A stretch of DNA of 64,000 nt, taken from IMG/VR virus record IMGVR_UViG_3300028392_000030, positions 1-64,000 of that record. One strand, 5' to 3'. The stretch comes from a virus. Numbering within the stretch: position 1 is the first letter of the stretch; each line of letters begins with the position of its first letter. The notes beneath the pieces were generated by a model. The model ran no database searches. It was not told where the DNA came from and worked only from the letters and a program-made list of their open reading frames with translations. The position numbers were made by a program, and so were the translations under genes. This document shows positions 40,326 to 49,798 of the stretch, piece after piece.

Positions 40326-41175
40326 ATTAAAAATAGCAGAATTATTCTATTCAGTGCAAGGCGAAGGACGCTATATGGGTGTGCCGTCGGTATTCTTGCG
40401 TGTGTTTGGATGCAACTTCAAATGCGCTGGCTTTGGCATGCCACGTGGTGAGTTGAGCGCAGAAGCCGAAGAGCTTGCTGAAGTAGCACATCTATATAAT
40501 CGATATGAAGAACTACCATTAGTAAGCACGGGTTGCGACAGTTATGCCAGTTGGCACCCTAGTTTTAAAGACCTAAGTCCAATGCTTACAACTGATGCCA
40601 TTGTAGAACGTATTATGGAAATACTTCCACACGGTGAATGGCGTGATGAACACCTGGTCATTACAGGTGGTGAGCCGTTGTTAGGTTGGCAACGTGCTTA
40701 CCCAGATTTGTTAGATCATCCCAAGATGCAAGGGCTTAAAGAAATTACGTTTGAAACCAATGGCACTCAAGAGATATCCAAAGAGTTTGCTTCGTATTTG
40801 CATACCTGGGCACACCATCATGACCGAGACTTTTGGCGAGAGATTACATTTAGTGTCAGTGCCAAACTGCCATGCAGTGGAGAAAAGTGGGAAGAAGCCA
40901 TCTTGCCCAAGGTAGTTTGTGACTATGAAGAATATGGCACAGCATATTTAAAATTTGTTATTGCCACTGAACAAGACTTTGCAGATGCTGAGTGTGCTAT
41001 CGCCGCATATCGTAAGGCGGGTTTTACCGGACACGTTTATCTAATGCCAGTGGGTGGTGTTGAAACGGTATACGCTATGAACAATCGTAATGTAGCATTA
41101 TTGGCAATGAAACACGGACTTCGTTACAGTGACAGGCTACAAGTTCCACTCTTTAAGAATGAATGGGGGACCTGA
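40318..41175 (+). CDS. queE: 7-carboxy-7-deazaguanine synthase (radical SAM)
   Basis: FYSVQGEG, FLRVFGCNFKC...CDS, TGGEP, ETNG. Confidence 0.88.
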   Translation: MSKLKIAELFYSVQGEGRYMGVPSVFLRVFGCNFKCAGFGMPRGELSAEAEELAEVAHLYNRYEELPLVSTGCDSYASWHPSFKDLSPMLTTDAIVERIMEILPHGEWRDEHLVITGGEPLLGWQRAYPDLLDHPKMQGLKEITFETNGTQEISKEFASYLHTWAHHHDRDFWREITFSVSAKLPCSGEKWEEAILPKVVCDYEEYGTAYLKFVIATEQDFADAECAIAAYRKAGFTGHVYLMPVGGVETVYAMNNRNVALLAMKHGLRYSDRLQVPLFKNEWGT

Positions 41176-41930
41176 TGCCTATAACATTACAAGATCGTAT
41201 TACTGATTGGATTCGAGACTATGCTGAACAGGCCGGCATGAAATCCTTAGTTGTAGGTATCAGTGGTGGTATTGATAGTGCTGTAGTCAGCGCACTCTGC
41301 GCTAGAACTGGATTACACACAGTGGCAGTAACTATGCCTATACGTCAACGTCCCGACTTACACGATCTCAGTCTGCAACAAGGTGTTTGGTTGACACAGA
41401 ACTTTGATAATGTGCGCCACGACATTATTGATTTAACTAGTACCTTTGATGAGTTTGAAAGTCGGTTAGCCACTTATCCAAACTTGTTAGGATTGGCCAA
41501 CAGCCGCAGTCGACTACGTATGGTTACCTTGTATCAAATTGCTCAAAGCGTAAGTGGACTTGTGGTAGGCACCGGCAACAAAGTTGAAGATTTTGGTGTA
41601 GGATTTTATACCAAGTATGGTGACGGTGGCGTGGATATTAGTCCTATTGCTGACTGTTACAAAACAGAAGTATGGCAAATGGGACGTGAGCTAGGAGTGC
41701 TAGATGATATTATCAACGCGGCGCCCACAGATGGCTTATGGGATGATGGACGCACTGACGAAGATCAACTGGGCATGAGCTATGCTGATCTTGAGGTTGC
41801 TATGCGTATGGATCTTGGAGAAATTCAATCCACAGAGCCAGAACTTGTGGCTAATCTAGAAAAATTCCGTGCTATACAAGCTCGTAGTTTACACAAAATG
41901 AATCCTATTCCTGTGTTCAAGAAATCTTAA
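41175..41930 (+). CDS. nadE: NH3-dependent NAD+ synthetase
   Basis: GISGGIDS, RSRLRM, GTGNKVE, TKYGDG, PTDGL, DEDQLG. Confidence 0.92.
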   Translation: MPITLQDRITDWIRDYAEQAGMKSLVVGISGGIDSAVVSALCARTGLHTVAVTMPIRQRPDLHDLSLQQGVWLTQNFDNVRHDIIDLTSTFDEFESRLATYPNLLGLANSRSRLRMVTLYQIAQSVSGLVVGTGNKVEDFGVGFYTKYGDGGVDISPIADCYKTEVWQMGRELGVLDDIINAAPTDGLWDDGRTDEDQLGMSYADLEVAMRMDLGEIQSTEPELVANLEKFRAIQARSLHKMNPIPVFKKS

Positions 41931-41983
41931 TCACTGTTCAAAACACGGATAAATTATTATATCATTTATCTTTAAGGACTTAC

Positions 41984-43225
41984 ATGAAAAAAATTGGATT
42001 TGTAGGAATTGGGAAATTAGGATTAGACTGTGCTGAAGTATTTGCTGAAAAACACGAAGTTCGTGGTTACGACATTCATCCACGTGTTAGCAATACAGTA
42101 AAAGTATGTGACATCAGTGAAGTAGTCAACGAAAGCGAATGGATCTTTATCGCTGTTCCTACTCCACATGCTGAGGGCTATGACGGGTCAGTTCCGTCAA
42201 GTCATATGACTCCTAAAGACTTTGGGCACGATGCAGTTATTGATGCTATTACCAAGGTAAACCAATACGCTACTAGCCCTAAAAAAGTAGTGTTAATTTC
42301 TACAGTATTACCCGGAACCACTCGCAACAAATTTGTTCCGTTATTAGATAAAAAACATCAGTTTGTTTACAATCCTTATTTGATTGCCATGGGGTCAGTC
42401 AAGTGGGACATGGTCAATCCTGAAATGATTATGTTAGGTACCGAAGATGGCAATCTGACCGGAGTTGCTGGTGAACTGCGAGACTTGTATGAAACAATCA
42501 TGCAAAATAATCCACGTTATGAAATTGGCACATGGGATGAATGCGAAGCTATTAAAATTTTCTACAATACATTTATCTCGGCCAAGGTTGGGCTTGTAAA
42601 TATGATTCAAGACTTTGCTATGAAGATTGGTCACATCAATGTTGACGTGGTTACAAATGCTCTAGCACGATCAACTATGCGAATAATGGGTCCTAAATAC
42701 ATGACAGCAGGTATGGGCGATGCTGGTGCTTGTCATCCACGTGATAACATTGCCTTACGTTGGTTAGCGGAAGAATACAACATTGGGTATGACTTGTTTG
42801 ATACAGTGATGCATGCCAGAGAGATACAGGCAAAAAACTTGGCCTTGTTCCTGGTTGATCAAGCGCAACGACTCAGTTTGCCAATTGTAATTCATGGCAA
42901 GGCCTACAAGCCCGATGTTGAATACTGTATCGGCAGTTACTCAACACTGGTAGGTTTCTATATTCGTGAAGCCGGATTACCGGTAGTTTACGTTGATCCA
43001 TTAGCCGACGATCGCACCCATTGCTTGGATACCATTGACGGTCCAGCAGTATTTTTATGGGCACACAATCGTAAGATCACATACGAATATACCGGTAATA
43101 CCCCTGATACACAACCCTATTGTGAAATTCAACCGGGCAGTGTCATAGTCGATCCGTGGCGCAAATTGCCATTTGACATGCCTGGCATTGCTGTGTTACA
43201 CTACGGCAATACCAGAACTCAATAA
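41984..43225 (+). CDS. UDP-glucose/GDP-mannose dehydrogenase family protein
   Basis: GIGKLG, IAVPTP, ISTVLPGT, K..YN, GACHPRD, AYKP. Confidence 0.85.
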   Translation: MKKIGFVGIGKLGLDCAEVFAEKHEVRGYDIHPRVSNTVKVCDISEVVNESEWIFIAVPTPHAEGYDGSVPSSHMTPKDFGHDAVIDAITKVNQYATSPKKVVLISTVLPGTTRNKFVPLLDKKHQFVYNPYLIAMGSVKWDMVNPEMIMLGTEDGNLTGVAGELRDLYETIMQNNPRYEIGTWDECEAIKIFYNTFISAKVGLVNMIQDFAMKIGHINVDVVTNALARSTMRIMGPKYMTAGMGDAGACHPRDNIALRWLAEEYNIGYDLFDTVMHAREIQAKNLALFLVDQAQRLSLPIVIHGKAYKPDVEYCIGSYSTLVGFYIREAGLPVVYVDPLADDRTHCLDTIDGPAVFLWAHNRKITYEYTGNTPDTQPYCEIQPGSVIVDPWRKLPFDMPGIAVLHYGNTRTQ

Positions 43226-43233
43226 GGAACCCA

Positions 43234-43626
43234 ATGGGACTATTTGATCGCTTTAAAAAGAAGCCAGATGCGGTTGCGCCCAAACCTGAGGCTAAGCCCA
43301 AGAAGGCAGAAAAAACTGCTAAAGAGTTGGCCACAGAAAAAGGCGAGCCTTATGTAACTATCCTCAGCATGGAAGTTGATCCTGAGAATATGCAAAATGG
43401 TGCTTTTGAACTTGATTGGAATGACAAGTTTGTGGCCAATCTTGTTCGTGCCGGTTATCGAATGAATCCCAAAGATACCGATTCGGACATTGTGGACCGT
43501 TGGTTCACTGCGGTATGTCGCAATATTGTGTTGGAGACATATGAGCAATACAAAGCCATGGACCCGGAACGTGATCGCGTAGTTAAATCACGTAACATTG
43601 GTGACGGAAGGTCAGAAGTGTCATGA
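43234..43626 (+). CDS. Hypothetical protein
   Basis: AAGGA SD; 130 aa. Confidence 0.7.
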   Translation: MGLFDRFKKKPDAVAPKPEAKPKKAEKTAKELATEKGEPYVTILSMEVDPENMQNGAFELDWNDKFVANLVRAGYRMNPKDTDSDIVDRWFTAVCRNIVLETYEQYKAMDPERDRVVKSRNIGDGRSEVS

Positions 43627-44273
43627 TCCTAGCTATTGGCGACAGTAATTTATATCCGGCCTGCACCGAGTCAGAGCAACCAGTGGACCTTGATAATATG
43701 ATTGTGGTGTTTAGTCGGCAGTTTGCTGAATCATTCAGTTGCTGGGCTAAAAATGGTGCCAGCAACTATTGGATTGAAAACCATATAGATTATTTCTTGG
43801 CTGACGAAAGATGGGAACCCAACACAATGTTGTTCATCGGCTGGACCAGTTTTGAACGAGAAGAATGGCCTTGGTTGTATAACAATATTAGCGTTTGTGG
43901 TGGCCCAGACTTTGGTATGCCAGAACCAATGAAGGCTCGATTCAACCAATGGAAAACAACATTAACCGGCGACTACTATCGTAAAATGACACAGTTGTGG
44001 CATGACAGAATTCATGCCATGCATTTAAAATTGCGTGAGCGTGGCGTACCACACCTGTTTTGGACTACCTATAACAACTTCGACACCATCGCTAATCATC
44101 AAGATTGGCACGGGAGTTTTTATAAACCTTACGATGCCAACGGGTGCATGGCCAAATGGTTCGAATCAAACAATATCTTAGCCAATGCCGGTGACCCATT
44201 TCACTATGGTTCTGCTGCTCAAGCAGCCTGGGGCACTGAATTAAGTCTCCATGCTCGAAAATTCGTTCTATGA
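43623..44273 (+). CDS. SGNH/GDSL-like hydrolase
   Basis: IGDSN, NGASN, PFHYG. Confidence 0.6.
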   Translation: MILAIGDSNLYPACTESEQPVDLDNMIVVFSRQFAESFSCWAKNGASNYWIENHIDYFLADERWEPNTMLFIGWTSFEREEWPWLYNNISVCGGPDFGMPEPMKARFNQWKTTLTGDYYRKMTQLWHDRIHAMHLKLRERGVPHLFWTTYNNFDTIANHQDWHGSFYKPYDANGCMAKWFESNNILANAGDPFHYGSAAQAAWGTELSLHARKFVL

Positions 44274-44974
44274 TTTTGTATGTCAACGGTGACAGTCATA
44301 CTGCTGGCGCCGAAGCGGTAAATGCTCATGCATTTGCTGAAGACGATCCCAAATTATATTACCTAGGGCGTCTACCGCATCCAGAAAATCTTCAAGTCAC
44401 TTGGGGTAAACTATTAAGTCTTGCGCTTAATGCTGGATTTCAATGCGAAGCAGAAAGTGCCAGTAGCAATGCTAGAATACTAAGAACTACCCGTGCTTGG
44501 CTTGCAGAACAAAAAAATAACCTACAAAATATGTTAGTTGTTATTCAATGGTCAACCTGGGAACGAGAAGAATGGTTGTATGATGGCATTTATTATCAAG
44601 TTAACGGCAGTGGTATTGATCAAGTTCCGTCCGAAGCTGCTGAACGGTATCGCAACTATGTTGTCGGGCTCGATTGGCGACAAAAAACACAAACCGCACA
44701 CGATGAAATTTGGATGTTTCATCAAGAACTTGTGTCTCAAGATATTCCTCATATTTTCTTCAACGGTAATAGTGATTTTTCATCCATCCAAGATCAAAAG
44801 GATTGGGGCGTTAATTATATTGGACCTTATGATCCAGCCAGCACATATCATGCTCAATTACAGGCTGCAGCAATCGAAACAGTCATGCCCGATTCATATC
44901 ATTATGGACGGGATGGACATGCATGGTGGTTCAAACACCTGCTCAAATACATAATGTCCAATCAGTTTGTATGA
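44270..44974 (+). CDS. SGNH/GDSL-like hydrolase
   Basis: NGDSHT, ASSN, SYHYGRDGH. Confidence 0.6.
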   Translation: MILYVNGDSHTAGAEAVNAHAFAEDDPKLYYLGRLPHPENLQVTWGKLLSLALNAGFQCEAESASSNARILRTTRAWLAEQKNNLQNMLVVIQWSTWEREEWLYDGIYYQVNGSGIDQVPSEAAERYRNYVVGLDWRQKTQTAHDEIWMFHQELVSQDIPHIFFNGNSDFSSIQDQKDWGVNYIGPYDPASTYHAQLQAAAIETVMPDSYHYGRDGHAWWFKHLLKYIMSNQFV

Positions 44975-45729
44975 TATTCAAAACAAGAAATATTCCAAAA
45001 CAAGTCAGCACAGTTTATAATTTTGGAATTAAAAAATTGATTGTAAGTGGTTGCAGTTACACTTACAATCAACTTGAAAATGTCGCAGACACTTGGCCGT
45101 ATTATCTAAGAGACCTTGGTGGATTTGAACAAGTTTTGGACAGCTCTTTGCCGGGCGCTGGCAACAGTCATATTTCAAATTCATTGATTTGGGGGTTAGA
45201 AATAGATCAACCAGATCCGGCCACAAGTCTGGTAATAGTAATGTGGTCTGGACACGACAGAGATGATTATATAGTGCCCAAGGACTATATCAACGAACAT
45301 TCATATCAATTTTATTATACTCAAAGCGTGATGTCGGCTATCAACAAGGCAGCTGACAATCACAGTGTTCAAGAAGAATTAAAGACGTTTGCTTTGGCAA
45401 AAAACAATGAATCTAGAGCTGTAGAGAGTTATCTTAACATGGTTAAAACCTACCAGTATCTAAAATCATTGAATTATAGGTTTTTATTTTTAAACTTTAT
45501 AGACACAAAAAATCCAGTGGGCGGTACAAATTCTTTTGAAATTAGAAAATATTTGCCAGAATCAGCACAGCAAAAATACAATTCAATGATCACTGATATC
45601 ATGGATCCTTATCATTTTTCGGTCAGATACAATCTATTGTCCGACGACAATTTTCATCCTAATGAATACGGGCAGTTACGGTGGACCAGATCGGTATTGA
45701 TGCCATATTTACAAACCGTAATTGTTTGA
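44971..45729 (+). CDS. SGNH/GDSL-like hydrolase
   Basis: SGCSYT, GAGN, NFHPN. Confidence 0.6.
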   Translation: MIFKTRNIPKQVSTVYNFGIKKLIVSGCSYTYNQLENVADTWPYYLRDLGGFEQVLDSSLPGAGNSHISNSLIWGLEIDQPDPATSLVIVMWSGHDRDDYIVPKDYINEHSYQFYYTQSVMSAINKAADNHSVQEELKTFALAKNNESRAVESYLNMVKTYQYLKSLNYRFLFLNFIDTKNPVGGTNSFEIRKYLPESAQQKYNSMITDIMDPYHFSVRYNLLSDDNFHPNEYGQLRWTRSVLMPYLQTVIV

Positions 45730-45754
45730 CAACTTAGTCAATATCTGCTATACT
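45726..45754 (+). promoter_or_regulatory. Sigma70-type promoter (leaderless start)
   Basis: TTGACA-17-TATACT; ATG 7 nt downstream. Confidence 0.75.
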
Positions 45755-45760
45755 AGCAGT

Positions 45761-46771
45761 ATGAAATATGTTCTTATTGATACAGCTAATATGTTCTTTC
45801 GTGCCAGGCACGGTGCTTTTCGTGCCAGTGACACGTGGGAGAAAATTGGATTTGCCCTCCATGTGACCCTGATGAGTGCCAACAAAGTAGCCCGGCGCTT
45901 TGAAGCAGATCACGTGGTTTTTGCCCTAGAAGGGCGCAGCTGGCGTAAGGACTACTACAAACCCTACAAAAATAACCGTGCAGTGGCCCGTGCTGCCTTA
46001 ACCGAAGCCCAAGCAGACGAAGACAAGATGTTTTGGGAAACTTATGATAGTTTGACTAAATACCTGGCTGAGAGGACCAATTGCTCAGTGATTAGATGTC
46101 CTACAGCAGAAGGCGACGATATTATTGCTCGCTGGATTGCACTACACCCCCAAGACGAACATATTGTTATCAGTAGCGATACAGATTTTGTTCAATTAGT
46201 AGCACCCAATGTCACGCAATACAACGGTATCACCGACGAACTAATTACCACGGAAGGAATCTTTGATGCTAAAGGTAAAGCGGTCATTGATAAAAAAACT
46301 AAAGAAGCGAAAACAATACCCAATCCGGAGTGGTTACTGTTTGAAAAGTGTATGCGAGGCGACAGCTCAGACAATGTGTTTTCAGCTTATCCGGGTGTTC
46401 GAACTAAAGGAACAAAAAATAAAGTTGGTCTCCAAGAGGCATTTGAAGATCGTAAAACTCGCGGATATAATTGGAACAACATGATGCTGCAACGCTGGAT
46501 CGATCCAGATGGTGTAGAACACAGAGTGTTGGATGATTACGAACGCAACCGAGAACTGATCGACTTGACAGCACAGCCCGAAGAGATCAAAGCCACCGTG
46601 GATGCAGCCATATGTGAACAGATCAGTCACAAAGACATCGGCCAGGTGGGTGTGCGTTTCATGCAGTTCTGTGGCAAGTATGAATTAAACAAGTGCAGTG
46701 AAAGTGCCGACAGTTTCGGCCGTTGGATGAACGAAACATACAAAGGAGTGTTAAATGACATTAATAGCTAA
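45761..46771 (+). CDS. rnh: T4 RNase H / 5'-3' exonuclease (FEN family)
   Basis: LIDTAN, WRKDYY..YK.NR, EGDDII, SSDTDF, GDSSDN. Confidence 0.9.
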   Translation: MKYVLIDTANMFFRARHGAFRASDTWEKIGFALHVTLMSANKVARRFEADHVVFALEGRSWRKDYYKPYKNNRAVARAALTEAQADEDKMFWETYDSLTKYLAERTNCSVIRCPTAEGDDIIARWIALHPQDEHIVISSDTDFVQLVAPNVTQYNGITDELITTEGIFDAKGKAVIDKKTKEAKTIPNPEWLLFEKCMRGDSSDNVFSAYPGVRTKGTKNKVGLQEAFEDRKTRGYNWNNMMLQRWIDPDGVEHRVLDDYERNRELIDLTAQPEEIKATVDAAICEQISHKDIGQVGVRFMQFCGKYELNKCSESADSFGRWMNETYKGVLNDINS

Positions 46772-47213
46772 ACCTGTAGTAGACAAGCAGTTCTGGATCT
46801 TGCAAGAGAACAATCAAAAGGTCGGCAACATTGAAGCCTGTGCTGGCGGTTTCCAAGTAAAGATCAACAATCAAATCGCTCAATACAAAACTATAAAATT
46901 GGCGGCTCGCAATGCCAATATCAAATTCGAACCGGCAATAAAGATTACCCGTCCCAAGACCACCGTGGATCATGTGCATGGATATCCAGTGTCGGGCCGT
47001 GTGTGCAACCCCATGTGGGATGTCAGTCAACAGTTGCCGGTTTATACCAAGACAAACAAGAGCAAAAGTTGGTTTAGTGCCGGATGGTACAATGTTCGTA
47101 AAGGTCGCAATTGGCGCACAGTGCTGGCACCCAAGTTGATTGTGTTGCAACGCTATCCATACCAAGGTCCCTACTACTCAGAACAACAAGCTCATGACAA
47201 TTCATCTCAGTAA
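46755..47213 (+). CDS. Hypothetical protein
   Basis: AAGGAG SD; 152 aa. Confidence 0.7.
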   Translation: MTLIAKPVVDKQFWILQENNQKVGNIEACAGGFQVKINNQIAQYKTIKLAARNANIKFEPAIKITRPKTTVDHVHGYPVSGRVCNPMWDVSQQLPVYTKTNKSKSWFSAGWYNVRKGRNWRTVLAPKLIVLQRYPYQGPYYSEQQAHDNSSQ

Positions 47214-47409
47214 GTTTATTGAACGTGTGCAAGGCCAACAGGCTCGAGGCGCTCGAGACTTTATCATGAGCTTGAAAGATGCACAAGATCTACATGCCGA
47301 TATCACTAGACTATTGTTAGAACTTCAGGCTTTACGTGAACATGCAGTAGCAACCCTACAAAAAGACACAGAAACAATCACGGTAAAAATGGATGGTGGA
47401 ACATTCTAA
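47194..47409 (+). CDS. Hypothetical protein
   Basis: MTIHLSKFIERVQ..., coiled-coil. Confidence 0.6.
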   Translation: MTIHLSKFIERVQGQQARGARDFIMSLKDAQDLHADITRLLLELQALREHAVATLQKDTETITVKMDGGTF

Positions 47410-47428
47410 AACTACCTATATTTCTAGA

Positions 47429-47434
47429 TAAATA
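47429..47434 (+). promoter_or_regulatory. Late-type promoter TAAATA
   Basis: TAAATA then AGGAG. Confidence 0.55.
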
Positions 47435-47454
47435 AAATATAGGAGTTTAATGAT

Positions 47455-47742
47455 ATGAGTCGTCCAAAACCCAATGTATTGATCGAGCACACTAACAAGC
47501 TCACTTACAAGAGTGAACAGGTTTTGTCCTCGGAGGGCGTATGGGCAGTGTTCTATGATGCCAAGCCGATTAATCTCAAAACATCAAACCTATTGGTTCA
47601 ATATCCAGGTCCAAAATACAAAAAGGTTTCATTCTCAAATCCGGGCCATGCCAAGAACCTGGCAAAAAAATTAAACACACAATTTAAAACCGAAAAGTTC
47701 ACAGTGGTGTTGTTGACCGCAGGCAATCAAATTTATCCTTGA
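47455..47742 (+). CDS. Hypothetical basic protein
   Basis: AGGAG SD; 95 aa. Confidence 0.75.
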   Translation: MSRPKPNVLIEHTNKLTYKSEQVLSSEGVWAVFYDAKPINLKTSNLLVQYPGPKYKKVSFSNPGHAKNLAKKLNTQFKTEKFTVVLLTAGNQIYP

Positions 47743-47743
47743 T

Positions 47744-48115
47744 GTGCGCGACAAACGTAAACTCACAGAAGAACTAATTGCACTGCTGCCTGAGGAAGAC
47801 CGTATTGGTTTAAAATTTGCCATGAGTGCTTGGTGGTTTAATTTACGCCGTAATGGTGGCATGAGATTGACCAGTGTAGGTTATTCGGCATTGGCCGACA
47901 TGCTTGATCTAGAACACCACGCATACAGCATTGATGATCCATACACGTTTGACAAACACCTTATACTAAAATTAGATCGTAAAATGCAAATGCCTTATTA
48001 TATTCATGCAGTCAAAGGCATACCTAAACGGATCGTATTTTTTGGTGGCCGAGAAGCAGTTATGGTAAATCTATACGGAAATTTACAACAATTTCTTGAC
48101 AACTACGAGCCCTAG
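47744..48115 (+). CDS. Hypothetical protein
   Basis: GTG start; 123 aa. Confidence 0.65.
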   Translation: MRDKRKLTEELIALLPEEDRIGLKFAMSAWWFNLRRNGGMRLTSVGYSALADMLDLEHHAYSIDDPYTFDKHLILKLDRKMQMPYYIHAVKGIPKRIVFFGGREAVMVNLYGNLQQFLDNYEP

Positions 48116-48124
48116 TGTTATACT
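48096..48124 (+). promoter_or_regulatory. Sigma70-type promoter for tRNA
   Basis: TTGACA-17-TATACT. Confidence 0.75.
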
Positions 48125-48132
48125 GTATTACA

Positions 48133-48207
48133 GGGCCAGTAGCTTAATGGTAAAGCAACCGACTCATAATCGGTCGAGTCTTGGTTCAATTCCAAGCTGG
48201 CCCACCA
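48133..48207 (+). tRNA. tRNA-Ile2 or elongator Met (CAT)
   Basis: G1-C72, ACCGA-CTCATAA-TCGGT, GGTTCAA T-loop, CCA. Confidence 0.88.
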
Positions 48208-48313
48208 AACATGCTAAATAACATGATCGTACGAGGCAATCTCGAGGTTGACAGCAAGGTTGTAAAAGGTTACAATTAGCACTCATGTTTAATTTAAAAG
48301 GAAGCAGTATATT

Positions 48314-48517
48314 ATGGTAGTAGGTAAAGTAAAATGGTTTAATGACGCAAAAGGTTTCGGATTCATTACACCAGATGACGGGGGTGAGGATGTATTTGCA
48401 CATTTTTCAGCAATCAATATTAATGGATTCAAAACATTAAAAGAAAACCAAGTGGTAAAATTTGACTTGGTTCAGGGCCCAAAAGGCAAGCAGGCATCAA
48501 ATATTATGCCTGCTTAA
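48314..48517 (+). CDS. csp: Cold-shock protein
   Basis: [24 protein letters not shown]. Confidence 0.95.
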   Translation: MVVGKVKWFNDAKGFGFITPDDGGEDVFAHFSAININGFKTLKENQVVKFDLVQGPKGKQASNIMPA

Positions 48518-48555
48518 TAAATGATAAATAATAGACACAAAAAAGGAGTTTTGTT

Positions 48556-48840
48556 ATGGCATGTGTAGCATCAGCAACATTTCTTGCGTTTGCTCGAACC
48601 AAAGTGGTTTTTGATCGAGAGTTAACTGAAGAAGAAGAAGTTTTGATAAAAATCAAATTGAAAAATACCCTTTGGGATGGATCAACCTGTATGGTCACTG
48701 ATCGTCAAGTTGATGCCAGTCACTACACCCCAACGACCATGTGGTCTCATTTGTCTGATGCGGAAGAATACATATCAATTGTGAATGGATTTAATCCGCC
48801 GCCAACAAGTGTAAGTTTAGAAGACATGAGTTACAAATGA
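48556..48840 (+). CDS. Hypothetical protein (paralogue of next gene)
   Basis: AAGGAG SD; shared DA.E..S..N.F.PPP motif. Confidence 0.65.
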   Translation: MACVASATFLAFARTKVVFDRELTEEEEVLIKIKLKNTLWDGSTCMVTDRQVDASHYTPTTMWSHLSDAEEYISIVNGFNPPPTSVSLEDMSYK

Positions 48841-48872
48841 GTTACAAGTTAAAATAATCAAAGGAGTTTTAT

Positions 48873-49139
48873 ATGTCAAAAGTCGATACTACTTTTCTCT
48901 TTCCTGCTACGGCAGAAAGCGTAATTACATGGGGCAGATCATTGACTGATACTGAATCAGCATTAGTCCAGTCCAAAAAAGGTGCAATGTTTGCGGCTGG
49001 AAATTTTGGGTCTTTTCCAGCCACAGTCAATGGCGTCAGCACATTTGCATGGGTGTCGTCGGATGCAGCGAACGAATTTGTAGCATTTTGCAATACGTTC
49101 ACTCCGCCGCCGGAATCGGCCGTAGTTAATAGTCTGTAA
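48873..49139 (+). CDS. Hypothetical protein (paralogue of previous gene)
   Basis: AAGGAG SD; shared motif. Confidence 0.65.
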   Translation: MSKVDTTFLFPATAESVITWGRSLTDTESALVQSKKGAMFAAGNFGSFPATVNGVSTFAWVSSDAANEFVAFCNTFTPPPESAVVNSL

Positions 49140-49153
49140 AGAATTGTTGTAAT

Positions 49154-49185
49154 CCCTTCCGAGTGAAGGCATTCTGGACGGGGGT
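49154..49185 (+). pseudogene. Truncated tmRNA acceptor-piece relic
   Basis: GCATTCTGGACGGGGGT matches TGTTCTGGACCCGGGT of the intact copy and breaks in the T-loop beside the HNH stop. Confidence 0.5.
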
Positions 49186-49186
49186 G

Positions 49187-49663
49187 TTAGACCCTGCGGA
49201 CCATAAATCCACCATTGGTTACACTACCTCTCAAACAAGCATTTCCAAAGTTGTTAGGATTATAGCCTCGGTCTACACACCACTGGCGTAATCCTTCAAC
49301 TGTTTCCACAGTCCCATCTGGGTGAGTTATTTCGTATAGTTTGCCCTGCCAAGTTTTGCCTCTATTGGCACATACTACTTTCATCTTCTTACTGGCTAAT
49401 TCTCGTTGTATCGGATCCTTCCAACGAAGGTTAGACCTTGCGGCACCTTTTCTACCACCTTCGATCATTGACTGTTTGGCAGCATCAAAGTTAGCATCAA
49501 GTTTGCTTAATCCTTGCCAGGCAACATAATCTTGCCAGTTACCGTGTTGTTCGTATAACAAACGATGTGCTTCAGCATGTTGGTCTACAGTGAGATCAAC
49601 AAGATTACTTGGATCATCTGTGCCTCCTAAATATTTTGGGACAATGTGGTGTTTGTGTAGCAT
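49187..49663 (-). CDS. HNH homing endonuclease
   Basis: HKHHIVPKYLGGTDDPSNLVDLTVDQHAEAH; opposite strand; TAAATA upstream. Confidence 0.85.
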   Translation of the reverse strand: MLHKHHIVPKYLGGTDDPSNLVDLTVDQHAEAHRLLYEQHGNWQDYVAWQGLSKLDANFDAAKQSMIEGGRKGAARSNLRWKDPIQRELASKKMKVVCANRGKTWQGKLYEITHPDGTVETVEGLRQWCVDRGYNPNNFGNACLRGSVTNGGFMVRRV

Positions 49664-49694
49664 AATATTATTTAGTCGAAACCACAGTAAATGG

Positions 49695-49723
49695 TTGACA
49701 AGATTCGACAACTATGCTATACT
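49695..49723 (+). promoter_or_regulatory. Sigma70-type promoter
   Basis: TTGACA-17-TATACT with extended TG. Confidence 0.75.
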
Positions 49724-49798
49724 GTTAGCATATTGATATTATTTCGATATATTTTTAATCCGCCCTTACTGCTAGGGTATTAACCAAAGGAAATTATT

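Noticed and set aside
41175-41930. QueC
   Set aside because: Has NadE-specific motifs (TKYGDG, PTDGL) and lacks the QueC C-terminal Zn-binding Cys cluster.
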